From: a virus
Taxonomy: Duplodnaviria; Caudoviricetes
IMG/VR virus record: IMGVR_UViG_3300044511_000209
Location: 1,676-65,675 of that record
Length of the DNA: 64,000 bases
Reading direction: 5' to 3' (one strand)
This document shows positions 1-9,736 of this stretch, in pieces. The notes beneath the pieces were generated by a model that saw only the letters and a list, made by a program, of their open reading frames with translations, ran no database searches and was not told where the DNA came from. Every line of letters starts with the position of its first letter. The first letter of the stretch is position 1. The position numbers were made by a program, and so were the translations under genes.

Positions 1-419
1 TTACCCGCACCATCCACATCCAACACCACAAAGCAGGCAATTTGCATTACATTATCTTGCGAATCATACGTGGGCTCCCCACCTTCGCAGTAAATTTCAT
101 CCCCCATCTTATAATTTTGCCCGCCATCCAGCAATTTGATGATATTCTTCGTTTCCCATTCCTTGAAGGATATAAAGATGGAGTCCCCGCGCACCAGATT
201 GATGCCAACATTGTCCTGTATCTTGATTTTGCCCGAGGAAATGACGCTAAAATCCTTGATGTAGAAAATGGGTTCAACGCGCGCCACGGTATAAAATACA
301 TCCTCGCCGCCAAACTTGATTAGGCTGTTGGGACGGATGGCCGACCAGTTGGATTCGGAAAGGGAAAAGACCCTGTTGGAACCATTTAGAACGCTGGCAG
401 TAAATCCGAAATCCTTCAT
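1..419 (-). CDS. Partial hypothetical virion/tail-associated protein (runs off window edge)
   Basis: Hand translation from ATG at 419: MKDFGFTASVLNGSNRVFSLSESNW...LLDGGQNYKMGDEIYCEGG..., open to the window start. Not in the ORF track. GTGTAA lies upstream. Confidence 0.75.
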   Translation of the reverse strand, partial: MKDFGFTASVLNGSNRVFSLSESNWSAIRPNSLIKFGGEDVFYTVARVEPIFYIKDFSVISSGKIKIQDNVGINLVRGDSIFISFKEWETKNIIKLLDGGQNYKMGDEIYCEGGEPTYDSQDNVMQIACFVVLDVDGAG

Positions 420-447
420 ATGTGTGACCTGTATTTCCTCTTTTTAT

Positions 448-453
448 TTACAC
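448..453 (-). promoter_or_regulatory. GTGTAA motif, putative phage late promoter element
   Basis: In a short intergenic gap 28 nt before the ATG at 419; recurs before other operon starts. Confidence 0.5.
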
Positions 454-457
454 GGGT

Positions 458-1150
458 TTAGGGCGGGCCGATAACCTCCGCCTTCGCTTTGGCTATTTTC
501 CCACCATTTTCGGGCGGCTCAATCATCACATCAATGAACCCTTGTTCATACCCGCAATTAAAGCCTAATATGCTTATTTCAGCCACGGAATCGCCTTCGA
601 GCCTTGCCGAAGCATAAGCCGCGTAAGTTTCGTGTCCATGCGTGGGCGCGGGCAAGGTTATCTTGGGTGGACGCCGATAACCCGTGCCGCCATCAATCAT
701 CTTCACCCAGACAATATTGCCAAAGGGATTGATATTTTCCAATTGTTCCAAGGATAATACGTTCAAAAAGGCAAGATGGGCGGGCAAATCTCGGTAGAAT
801 TGCTTGATAGTTTTGATGCGTTGAATGTTATAATCATCATTCTTTTCGGTGGCGATGATAAATTGGGTATCCAAGGATGCAAGAATCGAATCCCGGAAGT
901 GCCGAATGGAATGAATGGTATTATCCAAAATCGTTTGTTTATCTACTTCGACGCGCCCATCCTTATATTGCAAGAAGTGCATATATCGAATATGTTCCGG
1001 CCCGTCCAAATAGGCCCAATGTATTGGGGTGCGGCTATGTTCGCTTGCTATGGAGCGCACTAATTCATCCGTGATTTCCATTTCGTCAAAAAAATGAATA
1101 ACGATGCTTGGCGCATCCTTGCAAAAAATAACAATGCCCCTTTGTTTCAT
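458..1150 (-). CDS. Tail-associated hypothetical protein
   Basis: 230 aa directly after the J-like gene; C-terminal DGGTGY..PPKIT / GY segments typical of phage tail appendage repeats. Confidence 0.6.
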   Translation of the reverse strand: MKQRGIVIFCKDAPSIVIHFFDEMEITDELVRSIASEHSRTPIHWAYLDGPEHIRYMHFLQYKDGRVEVDKQTILDNTIHSIRHFRDSILASLDTQFIIATEKNDDYNIQRIKTIKQFYRDLPAHLAFLNVLSLEQLENINPFGNIVWVKMIDGGTGYRRPPKITLPAPTHGHETYAAYASARLEGDSVAEISILGFNCGYEQGFIDVMIEPPENGGKIAKAKAEVIGPP

Positions 1151-1153
1151 AGT

Positions 1154-4100
1154 TTAATAGTATGGGGTCTTATCTATCAGCCCGATAAACAAAAAACAGC
1201 GGGAAGCGGCAACTGGAAAGAGATTATTTCGGTTATCAGTATATTTGGCGAAATGCAATACATCACTAGGTATTAGAATATTCATATAGTTGATAAACTT
1301 TTGCACACCTACTTGTGTAGATTGAGTTGGAATCGAAGGAAAGGGTGTTCTAGGAATAGATACATGGGTTCTTGCGTTCAAAACAAAAGTGCGCAAGCGC
1401 GCGGGGGTATCATATAAATCGATTACATTACCATTGTTCAAGTCTTTTAGAGTGCCAATATCTACGAAATGTGATATTAGTGGAAAATAATCCGTATTGA
1501 TAAACGTTTTTTTGAAATTTAAACGCACAATCAAATAGTTGGGCATCCGAGACACAATCGATGACACGCCCTTACTGAATAATAAGTTGTTATCTATACT
1601 AACATTAACACCATTTATTGTGTTATAGTTTAAAATCAATGGTATCGTTGCCCACACATTAACCAAACCCAGACCTTCAAACCCTGCCCGGCGTTGAACC
1701 CGAACCACGTTTGAAGCATTAAGGGTGGGTATAATATTGGTTCCACTTCCACGTTTCAAGTTGGCCTTGTCAAATTCATCATAATAAGCCAAGCTGATAT
1801 ACCCATTTTGCACGCCCGTCAAGCTCTCGTGAATAATGATTGGATTATCATCGGGTTCAAAACGTTTTGCCTCGACGGGCCAAGGTGGGTTAACAAAGCC
1901 CTGCGCCTGTTGTGTTGTAAAGGTGCCGGTGCTATAAAAGAGATAACCGCCCGCCCGCTCATCTGGATATTGGCCGGTAAAGACAAGGATTTTTGTGCCA
2001 CCGTCTGGGTTAATCCATTGGGAGGTGGCATAACCATAAACGCCGGTATCAATGACTTCATTGATGTCGGTCAAGTGGGGGGCGCGTGGCCGGGCGTTTG
2101 TCACATACAGGATATCATATCCGTTGGCATTTTCGTAATTGGTGCCCGCCGCGCTGTGACCGCTGGAATTAACAGCTTCCACAACAATATCATAATCGCG
2201 GAATGGGCCGGGTTCCCCCTCTGTAGAAATGGCGTTCGCATTATCCTCAAAATCAAACGTATAGCGCAATGTGCCATCAGGTGGCACGTAATTATTCTTA
2301 GTAAAATAGATAACAGGGTTGGGCGTGTTGGTGCCGCTAGGCGAGGGGCGTCGGGCGGTAATCTTGTATTTTATCGCCGAACTCAAATCAATATTACCCT
2401 TCACGTAACCTAACTGCCAATTAAAGGATGGGGAGGCAACCGAGGTGCTTTGGTATTCACGGTTGCCTTGCGCGTTTGTTCCCGACTCTGTTTCAAGCCG
2501 TAAGGAACTTATAATAACATCCCGTATGGGATTCACGTTGGAAACAGTAATATTATTAGACGCAAAGGATGGGGAAAGCTGGCCAACACTATTAACACCA
2601 TAAGCTCTGAAATAATACAAGCCGTCCTGCGGGGGCACAAAGTCACCACTAAAGGCATTGACGGGCAGCGTATTGATAAGATAGGTGCTACCGCTAACGT
2701 CCGCATCGACAAATGGGGTGCTTAATTTTGAAAAGACGCGCCAAGCCGCCACACCAGACGTGCTACTACGATTGAATAAATAGGTTAAAACGGTGGTATT
2801 ATCCGTAGATAATCCGGCGTTTCTATACAACAGCATTCCTACCGGACTGGTTGGTAATGGAACTCCCCCCACTTTCTGTATGCCCAAGCCAGATTCAATT
2901 TGCGTGTATTTAGACTCATTATATTCGAGCCCTGCAACATTATACATTGCGCCGTCCCTTTCCTCGATGCGTATGGCCCTATAATAGTTGAATTCATTAT
3001 CCTTGATGTCGGATAGGGCATTGAGGGAGCCAGTGGCTTGCAGCGTCCAGATTGGGTTGCCCGTAACCAGATAATCCCAATAGTTAACAACGTTGCCCGT
3101 GCCGAACACGTTGCCCGTTTTGATAGAGATTTGCGTTAAATTATCCACCGTGGGGGCGTCCGCGCCAGAAAAGGTGATAATTTGCACTTGGCCCCTGCGA
3201 ATATTGGATATGTCGGAGCTATTTAAATCGGTAATGTTCGACGGGTCATAGAAATAGGAGGGAGTCAATAATGACAACGAATATAGTTGGTTACTGACAA
3301 AACCTGTTACCTCCATATCCAATTTGATGGTTGAGGCCGCGCCAGTGGGACTATTGATGGTCATGCTGTTGACCCGTCCGCCGTGCCGCTTTGTTTTTCG
3401 GTGGGTATCAAACACCTTGAATACATCTCCCGGTCTTAGGAAAGAGCCCTCAAAACCGGCGGTAAATGAAATCGTTTCCGTTTCCAAGGTTTCAGACAGG
3501 AGCGCCCAGCGTCCCCAGCGGACCGCTTGCCCACGGCTGGTGCAGCCAAAAGCCGTCACGTCAATCTCGCGGATGCCATACCGCTTGATACCCTCCACGT
3601 CCTCTACATATTCCACGGCGGGCTTATAGAAATTCGTCCTGTCATTATATCGAACGACGGCCACCGTATGACGCACGCGCCGCGAACTCGAAGAATAGGT
3701 AAAATCACCATTCTCCACGTTGGCATTGGTAAAGATGAAGAAATTTTCCTTGTCGCGCGGCCTGTCTTGGGCGGCATAGATAGCGCCCGCACTATAATAG
3801 GTGATGGCGCGGAAAACCGAGGCCATGTCGTTGATGACTTTATAGGCTTCCTCGCGCGAGGCTATGATTAAATTGCAGGTAAAGCGCGGCTCTACACCCC
3901 CAAAACCATCGGATACCATCGTATCGCAATATTGCGCGATTTCATATAGCGTCCATTTATCCACCAAACTTTCCTCGATATAGCCCCCCAACCCATATCG
4001 TTTATTGGTTAACAAATCATAAAAACACCACGCCGGGTTGTCCGTCCACGCTTTGTTTGCGGCAAAGGTGCCATCCCAAGTGCCAGTATATGACTTCTTA

Positions 4101-5050
4101 ATCGGGTCATAATTGCTTGGGATTTTAACCTTCAATAATTTCGCCTCAAATGCGCGGGCTGGCACTTGGGAGAAATACTCGGCGGAAAACTTAGATGCAA
4201 CAATGGCCGAATTCGGATAAAGGAAAGTGTTATCGTAAATCTCGGTTAATGAATCAATGAAGGTTTGATTCCGTATGTAAGAGGTCGTGGCGTCGGGCGT
4301 TATTCTTTGAATCTTGATTTCCCAACCCAAAAAGTCCGGGTCTGAGTAGGTAGCACCATCGGGGTCAGAGTTTAAGCTGATGCGCAGGCTCTTGATGAAG
4401 CCCTGCGAGACTTTACCCTTGATTTCATCCTCCTTGAAGAAAATGAAATTGCCGACGCCTTTGGACGGATTTGAATAGATAGGTCTATAGAATAATTGGA
4501 AGGTTACTGTCGTTTGTTCTATATCACCAAAGGCTTGTGATGTTGTATTATTTTGGCCAAAAGATGTAACCTTGATATTGATGGCCACCGCCTTGCAATC
4601 CCGATTGATGATGCGATAAATCTTTGCGAAATCGGCCCCCGCGCGCAGGCGCTCGCCTAACGAGCGTGAAACGGTCAAATCATCTGACAGATTTGAATTA
4701 AGGGAACTAATTGTTGCGCCAAGGGGCTTGCCGGGTGTGAAGGCCAACTTAACATTATTGAAATTAAACTTATTTTCCGAGTTAACAACGGGCACTTCAT
4801 TCCAGTAGATTGAACGAAGCCAACGCACGCCACCGACGGGCTCATATCCTGAAAATAAATAGGAATCATAGCCAATATTGCCGAGCGTCGCGCCATAGGT
4901 ATAGGAGCCTGTGACAAGACCCTCTATTTCGCCCTCACCCAGCATATCCAGCACTTGGATTTCCGTAAGGGAAACACCAACACCCGTCCCAATACCCGTG
5001 ACGATACCCTCTGGCGCTTCAACTGGAACTCTGGTTGAGGTTGTTGGCAT
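1154..5050 (-). CDS. Tail tip attachment / host specificity protein, lambda gpJ-like
   Basis: GEGEIEGLV, WDGTF...AWTDNPAWCFYDLLTNKRYGLG, DKWTLYEIAQYCD, EPRFTCN, AFGCTSRGQA motifs; FN3-like segment; follows the I-like gene. Confidence 0.95.
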   Translation of the reverse strand: MPTTSTRVPVEAPEGIVTGIGTGVGVSLTEIQVLDMLGEGEIEGLVTGSYTYGATLGNIGYDSYLFSGYEPVGGVRWLRSIYWNEVPVVNSENKFNFNNVKLAFTPGKPLGATISSLNSNLSDDLTVSRSLGERLRAGADFAKIYRIINRDCKAVAINIKVTSFGQNNTTSQAFGDIEQTTVTFQLFYRPIYSNPSKGVGNFIFFKEDEIKGKVSQGFIKSLRISLNSDPDGATYSDPDFLGWEIKIQRITPDATTSYIRNQTFIDSLTEIYDNTFLYPNSAIVASKFSAEYFSQVPARAFEAKLLKVKIPSNYDPIKKSYTGTWDGTFAANKAWTDNPAWCFYDLLTNKRYGLGGYIEESLVDKWTLYEIAQYCDTMVSDGFGGVEPRFTCNLIIASREEAYKVINDMASVFRAITYYSAGAIYAAQDRPRDKENFFIFTNANVENGDFTYSSSSRRVRHTVAVVRYNDRTNFYKPAVEYVEDVEGIKRYGIREIDVTAFGCTSRGQAVRWGRWALLSETLETETISFTAGFEGSFLRPGDVFKVFDTHRKTKRHGGRVNSMTINSPTGAASTIKLDMEVTGFVSNQLYSLSLLTPSYFYDPSNITDLNSSDISNIRRGQVQIITFSGADAPTVDNLTQISIKTGNVFGTGNVVNYWDYLVTGNPIWTLQATGSLNALSDIKDNEFNYYRAIRIEERDGAMYNVAGLEYNESKYTQIESGLGIQKVGGVPLPTSPVGMLLYRNAGLSTDNTTVLTYLFNRSSTSGVAAWRVFSKLSTPFVDADVSGSTYLINTLPVNAFSGDFVPPQDGLYYFRAYGVNSVGQLSPSFASNNITVSNVNPIRDVIISSLRLETESGTNAQGNREYQSTSVASPSFNWQLGYVKGNIDLSSAIKYKITARRPSPSGTNTPNPVIYFTKNNYVPPDGTLRYTFDFEDNANAISTEGEPGPFRDYDIVVEAVNSSGHSAAGTNYENANGYDILYVTNARPRAPHLTDINEVIDTGVYGYATSQWINPDGGTKILVFTGQYPDERAGGYLFYSTGTFTTQQAQGFVNPPWPVEAKRFEPDDNPIIIHESLTGVQNGYISLAYYDEFDKANLKRGSGTNIIPTLNASNVVRVQRRAGFEGLGLVNVWATIPLILNYNTINGVNVSIDNNLLFSKGVSSIVSRMPNYLIVRLNFKKTFINTDYFPLISHFVDIGTLKDLNNGNVIDLYDTPARLRTFVLNARTHVSIPRTPFPSIPTQSTQVGVQKFINYMNILIPSDVLHFAKYTDNRNNLFPVAASRCFLFIGLIDKTPYY

Positions 5051-5055
5051 GATGC

Positions 5056-5706
5056 TTAAACCGTGATAATATCTGTGCTACGCTGCGATATTTCGTAGGA
5101 GGCCGAAATAACTTGACTACCCACGATTAACTGACCATAGCCCATAGGCACCGGACCACCCTCGCGTGTGGCGTTTTGCGGGCCGTTAAAAAGATAACTG
5201 ACGCGGCCACCGTTCTTAATCTCCTGAAAATCTTCAAATTTTGGAGGAGAGGATAATAGGTTGATAACGCCAGCGGCAACTAGACCAAGACCGGCCATTA
5301 CCAAAGCAAATCCAAATGGATTGCCAGCCATCATCATGGTGACGCCGATTACGATTAAAACAATACCGGCAATAATCGTTAACACATCTTTTGCCCCTCC
5401 CAGCACCGGCACAATATCAATCGTTTTTAACCCCCCGTTAAATTGCACCATTAATTCAGAATTAGCGATACTCTGAGGTTTTTGAGGATTTAAGGGTTCA
5501 TTCGTCTCAAAATCGCGCCCGTTGATTAAAACCCGATATTTGAGCCCACGCTTGTCCTGCTCATATAAGAACTTATGCAAACGCCCCTTCGTAATCGTGT
5601 TAATGGCGTGGGTGGCCTCGGCCACACTTTTTATAGCAAGGTTCCATTCGCGCCCGATGTGCTCTCCAAGCACTCCGAATAATGTGATTTTAGTCAGGGA
5701 TTCCAT
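5056..5706 (-). CDS. Tail assembly protein I-like
   Basis: TLFGVLGEHIGR ubiquitin-like N-terminus, IDIVPVLGGA, hydrophobic middle, SYLFNGPQN..EGGPVPMGYG; start reassigned to MESLTK at 5706. Confidence 0.9.
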   Translation of the reverse strand: MESLTKITLFGVLGEHIGREWNLAIKSVAEATHAINTITKGRLHKFLYEQDKRGLKYRVLINGRDFETNEPLNPQKPQSIANSELMVQFNGGLKTIDIVPVLGGAKDVLTIIAGIVLIVIGVTMMMAGNPFGFALVMAGLGLVAAGVINLLSSPPKFEDFQEIKNGGRVSYLFNGPQNATREGGPVPMGYGQLIVGSQVISASYEISQRSTDIITV

Positions 5707-5707
5707 A

Positions 5708-6436
5708 TTAGATGGCGGATTCGTGCCGCAAAACAAGCTTGGTTTTATTCTTGTATAACGGGTTGTATGGTTCAATTAAAGAATACCTGCAATCATGGGG
5801 ATGATGCAGTATCAAGTCGTTTCCCAAATGGATGGCCGCGTGCGTTACCGCATCCGTATCTGGCGCAAGTTGCATGAGTAAGATATCATGCTTTTGCCTT
5901 TCGTCGAACGATACGGCTAAAAAGCCCTCTTTTTGATAATTATCCTCATAAATATGAGGGGTGTCTCGTAGCCAATCTTTACCCCTTGGATAATCCGAAA
6001 TGGATATGCCCAATTCGTTCTTATAATACTCACGAATTAAGCTGAAACAATCGGATATTCCAATATGAAAGGCGCGCCCGACATAGGGAGATACGACCCC
6101 CATTGGCGTATAGGTATCGAATTCATCCTCGCGCACGGCATACACAACGTAGGATATCTGGTTCAATTCCGCCTGCTCTTTATCGTATTCCGAAAATCGT
6201 GCGCCGCCGTCGTCATGCGAATGATAACAGGCCAAAATGTTGCCCCGCGTGGCCGCGCGTAAAAAACTATCCGGGGCTAATTCAAAATGCTTGGTAGGGG
6301 TAGGGGAAATGTTTCGCCCACGAACAACGGCGGGTTTCTTGTCGGTATGATTAAAGACGATGAGCCCGCAACATTCGTTGGGAGCCTCCAATGTCGCGTG
6401 TTCCTTAATTTGCGCTTTGATATAACCGTTGAGCAT
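5708..6436 (-). CDS. Tail assembly protein K-like (JAB/MPN + NlpC/P60)
   Basis: PNECCGL, YHSH...S..D JAB motif; DCFSLIREYY and HAAIHLG..ILHH NlpC motifs. Confidence 0.92.
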   Translation of the reverse strand: MLNGYIKAQIKEHATLEAPNECCGLIVFNHTDKKPAVVRGRNISPTPTKHFELAPDSFLRAATRGNILACYHSHDDGGARFSEYDKEQAELNQISYVVYAVREDEFDTYTPMGVVSPYVGRAFHIGISDCFSLIREYYKNELGISISDYPRGKDWLRDTPHIYEDNYQKEGFLAVSFDERQKHDILLMQLAPDTDAVTHAAIHLGNDLILHHPHDCRYSLIEPYNPLYKNKTKLVLRHESAI

Positions 6437-7473
6437 TATGATACCTTGTTTGCAGCGGGGAACCCTCCAAAGGGTAAATTACCTTTCGTATTGCTTCCAC
6501 TTTTTGGTTTAACTGCACCCTTTGAGCCCCAACGAAGCAAACAACCGTTATTAACCAGCTTGGAGCATTGGTCGGGTATCCAGTGGTTCGTGTCGGGCGG
6601 GGCCACATTGCTATTGGATGTCTTTGCGACAAAATAGAATTTGATATTATTCTTCTGGATAAACACGAAATCCCCCTTATTATACACGGCGGTTCTGTTC
6701 CATTCGCCACGGTTGGTCCCCACGGCCATTCCTAAAATATCCACAATCTTTTCGCCCGTGTCTGTGGCCACGGGTGGCGCTTCCTCTGGTAATGTGACCC
6801 CCGCGTGAACGGGAGAAACACGATTTGCATACTCGTAGCAGCATCCTTCGCCTCTATATTGCCAAGAACAACGGTTGGCAATAACGAGACGGTTGGGAAG
6901 TAATACCCCCTCCACATCCAAAATGGAGGCCAATTCATATTCGAGGATAAACTTGTTCTCGGTGGTTTTTCTGTCAATATAATAGATGTCACGCGGGAAT
7001 TCCGCGTTGGGATTGGGGTCAAAACCGGCGGGGGTTTGGTCGTTGGGGAAATTATTCCTCGGTAAATATTTGGCAAACACTCTGATACGAGTCACCTTGG
7101 CCCCGGCCAAGTCGCCCAATTGATTCAGTTTATCCTTCAATAAGGCAAGGTAATAAGAGCCGTCGGCGTTGGTGGATAAGCTTAAACGGGGCGTGGGTAA
7201 CGTGCCTTTTGCGTTAATTTCGAAGCCCTCGGCGCGTATGGGCGCGGGCACATACTCAAAACCGTTGTCACTGGGCCAGAAAATCGAGCTATTGAGCAGC
7301 TTGACGTTGTTATGAAAACGGAATATCTTTTCCTCATCTAGTAAATTAAGATATTTGTCCGCGCCAAGCGCCGAAATATCAATCTCAAAGAGTTCCACTA
7401 AGCTTGAGGGTGTCAAGCCCATCCGCTCCGCATTAAGTTTCTTTAATGCTGATTGTGCCGTTGCCTTATCCAT
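6436..7473 (-). CDS. Minor tail protein L-like
   Basis: LVELFEID, LPTPRL, GAKVTRIRVFAKYL, C.WQYRGEGC, CSK...C..R and terminal LPFGGFP. Confidence 0.92.
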   Translation of the reverse strand: MDKATAQSALKKLNAERMGLTPSSLVELFEIDISALGADKYLNLLDEEKIFRFHNNVKLLNSSIFWPSDNGFEYVPAPIRAEGFEINAKGTLPTPRLSLSTNADGSYYLALLKDKLNQLGDLAGAKVTRIRVFAKYLPRNNFPNDQTPAGFDPNPNAEFPRDIYYIDRKTTENKFILEYELASILDVEGVLLPNRLVIANRCSWQYRGEGCCYEYANRVSPVHAGVTLPEEAPPVATDTGEKIVDILGMAVGTNRGEWNRTAVYNKGDFVFIQKNNIKFYFVAKTSNSNVAPPDTNHWIPDQCSKLVNNGCLLRWGSKGAVKPKSGSNTKGNLPFGGFPAANKVS

Positions 7474-7475
7474 GC

Positions 7476-7985
7476 TTAATTGGGCACTTCTTCAAAAGTG
7501 GCCCGAATTGTGAAATTATCCTTGAAAATAAAGGAGGGGGTCCATTCCCTGCAAACGTATCGCTTGTTTACATTGTAGGGATTTGGCGCGTTAAATACAA
7601 AGGATTCCCATGCGGCTCTGACGTGCAAAAAGTGTAAGATAGCGGTAGCCTCATTTTCCCTCTTCGTGGCAAAAGATAAATCAAAGGCAAGCAATACGTT
7701 ATTGATACCATCGGGTGCGCGCTGTTCATAGCCATCCCCGAATTTTATCGATTTTGCACGCGGCTTCATGGACGCCTCGCTGTTGTAGGAGGGCTTCCAA
7801 AAGAAATAGGGCTTTGTTTCGGCGTTATCGGTAATAGTGCCGTTAAATTTTGTGGCATCAAAGGAGGCTGTGCTGGTATGCGGAACAATACAATAATAGA
7901 AGTAATTACCATTCTTTACAATATCGTAAAGGTCATATTTGGTGCTTGCAGCCCAATTGGGAATGTTGTAAATGGAGCTTGCCAT
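7476..7985 (-). CDS. Minor tail protein M-like with N-terminal CBM5/12-like module
   Basis: KFGDGYEQRAPDGINN signature; N-terminal WAASTKY..YDIV...YYC..HTS. Confidence 0.88.
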   Translation of the reverse strand: MASSIYNIPNWAASTKYDLYDIVKNGNYFYYCIVPHTSTASFDATKFNGTITDNAETKPYFFWKPSYNSEASMKPRAKSIKFGDGYEQRAPDGINNVLLAFDLSFATKRENEATAILHFLHVRAAWESFVFNAPNPYNVNKRYVCREWTPSFIFKDNFTIRATFEEVPN

Positions 7986-8016
7986 ATGACCTTATACCTT
8001 TAATTGCTATAAAGAG

Positions 8017-8037
8017 TTACACGCGATTCTCGTGTAA
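8017..8037. promoter_or_regulatory. Back-to-back GTGTAA motifs at the divergence point of two structural operons
   Basis: TTACAC (8017-8022), 9 nt, then GTGTAA (8032-8037), in the 66-nt gap between divergent genes. Confidence 0.6.
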
Positions 8038-8051
8038 TTTGTGGTAGGTAT

Positions 8052-8909
8052 ATGGCCGAAAACGTAACTTTTGCGGGCAGGGTAAGGCGTGAACATCAAC
8101 GCTTCTTCATTAATTCCACCGAATTATTTGGAGTTCAGTCCATTAACCTCGGATATGCCGTTGGCGGGCAGAATCTTGCCTATTTAGGTATGAATAATGC
8201 AAATTTCGTGCCCGCTGGCGCACAGGTTGGTAATGTAAGCTTGAACCGTTTGATGCTAGATTCCGACCCGTTGCTGAATTATACAGGGGAGAATGGGTTT
8301 AACGGTTATATTCTAAAAAATCTTACAAATGGCGCGGATAATTACAGTTTTACCTCCGGTTTTGTGACACAATACGGGTTGAAGTGCGCCGTAGGGGAAA
8401 TACCACAAAGTAATGCGGGTATTACCGTCTTTGGTAATATGGGAAAGATTGCTACGGGCGAATCATCCCAAACACTTACCGATTTTGCCAACATCTCCGC
8501 CGCAACCAGCGGCGTATTCTTTAACTTAACATCATACGGGGCATTAACCGTCTCCATTAACGATTTCAACTCCAACCGTCTTTTGGGACTTGACCTTAGC
8601 CTGAAAATCAACCGTAACCCCATTTATCGCCTCGGCAGCAAGGCCGTGAAAAATGTGTTCATCAACTATCCGATAGAGGTAGATTGCTCATTCGAGGTGG
8701 ATATCAATGATTATGACGCAACCACCTTGGATAAGTATCTGAATCTGCCCAAGGTTGAAAATCTAACGCTGAATTTAAATCATTTTACGCGCGGGCATAC
8801 AATCCAATCCTTCGCGTTTAGCAATATGGAATTACTCGGAGAGGAAAGAAATGTCAATATCGATGGCAACGTCGTGTCTCGTCTTGCCTACAAAGGATAC
8901 ATCTTGTAA
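8052..8909 (+). CDS. Putative tail-tube/baseplate-like structural protein (paralog 1)
   Basis: 285 aa, beta-rich; shares Y.L.C...S/NA...F and P.Y..G motifs with the next two genes. Confidence 0.55.
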   Translation: MAENVTFAGRVRREHQRFFINSTELFGVQSINLGYAVGGQNLAYLGMNNANFVPAGAQVGNVSLNRLMLDSDPLLNYTGENGFNGYILKNLTNGADNYSFTSGFVTQYGLKCAVGEIPQSNAGITVFGNMGKIATGESSQTLTDFANISAATSGVFFNLTSYGALTVSINDFNSNRLLGLDLSLKINRNPIYRLGSKAVKNVFINYPIEVDCSFEVDINDYDATTLDKYLNLPKVENLTLNLNHFTRGHTIQSFAFSNMELLGEERNVNIDGNVVSRLAYKGYIL

Positions 8910-8911
8910 TT

Positions 8912-9730
8912 ATGCTCTTCTTTAAACGATGTAATGTTGAGATTAATGGTTCTGGGTTAATCGCCGAGAACGCGAACATTAATTCCAGCAATTCTTTGAC
9001 TCCTGCTTGGATGGTGGGAAAAATCGGGGCTGGTAACATTACCCCCAATGGCCCCTTACGAACCACCATTCGTATTGATTACATACCAGAAACGAACAGG
9101 GAGCCCAATCACGGTATCGCCAATTTAATCCGCGCCTTGGCGGACGATTCGACGTGGAGTGGGGTTAACATTGCCATTGGGGGCATCACGGGTTATGAAT
9201 GTTATCTGGATAATTATACGCTCAAATGCGCGCCAAATGACATTGTAAAATCAAGCGCAACTTATACCACGTTTCTTCAATTGTCGGGGGTGTTGGCAAA
9301 CCAAACCGGCACGCATCTCGTTCGTAACAACATAGCACACGCTTGGGGGCTTTATATCGTTGGTAGCGGAACCAACTTGAACGATATTTATGATTTTGAT
9401 TATACCTTTAATGCGGCTTGGGAGCCCGTCTATAAAATAGGACAAAAAACACCCATTGCCGTGCGCTTGATGAACGGTAATGAAACCTTTGCTGTCACGC
9501 GCGATACCTTTTATCGCAATACCTTTTCGGGTGAAACGCTGTATTCTGGCGTGATTACAAATGGCACCGACTATGGTATCGACGTATTCAACCTTAATGC
9601 TTTTATCAGTGGGTCGGGTATTGCCCCGCTTAACTTAAACTTTTCTGGCGCGAAAATCACCAATGTAAGCGTAAACGCCAGCGTAAATGATATTGTCAGG
9701 GTAAAAACAGAGGCAATCAAATACTTCTAA
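8912..9730 (+). CDS. Putative tail-tube/baseplate-like structural protein (paralog 2)
   Basis: YLDNYTLKCAPNDIVKSSATY and EPVYKIGQKTP match its neighbours. Confidence 0.55.
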   Translation: MLFFKRCNVEINGSGLIAENANINSSNSLTPAWMVGKIGAGNITPNGPLRTTIRIDYIPETNREPNHGIANLIRALADDSTWSGVNIAIGGITGYECYLDNYTLKCAPNDIVKSSATYTTFLQLSGVLANQTGTHLVRNNIAHAWGLYIVGSGTNLNDIYDFDYTFNAAWEPVYKIGQKTPIAVRLMNGNETFAVTRDTFYRNTFSGETLYSGVITNGTDYGIDVFNLNAFISGSGIAPLNLNFSGAKITNVSVNASVNDIVRVKTEAIKYF

Positions 9731-9736
9731 TCGCCC

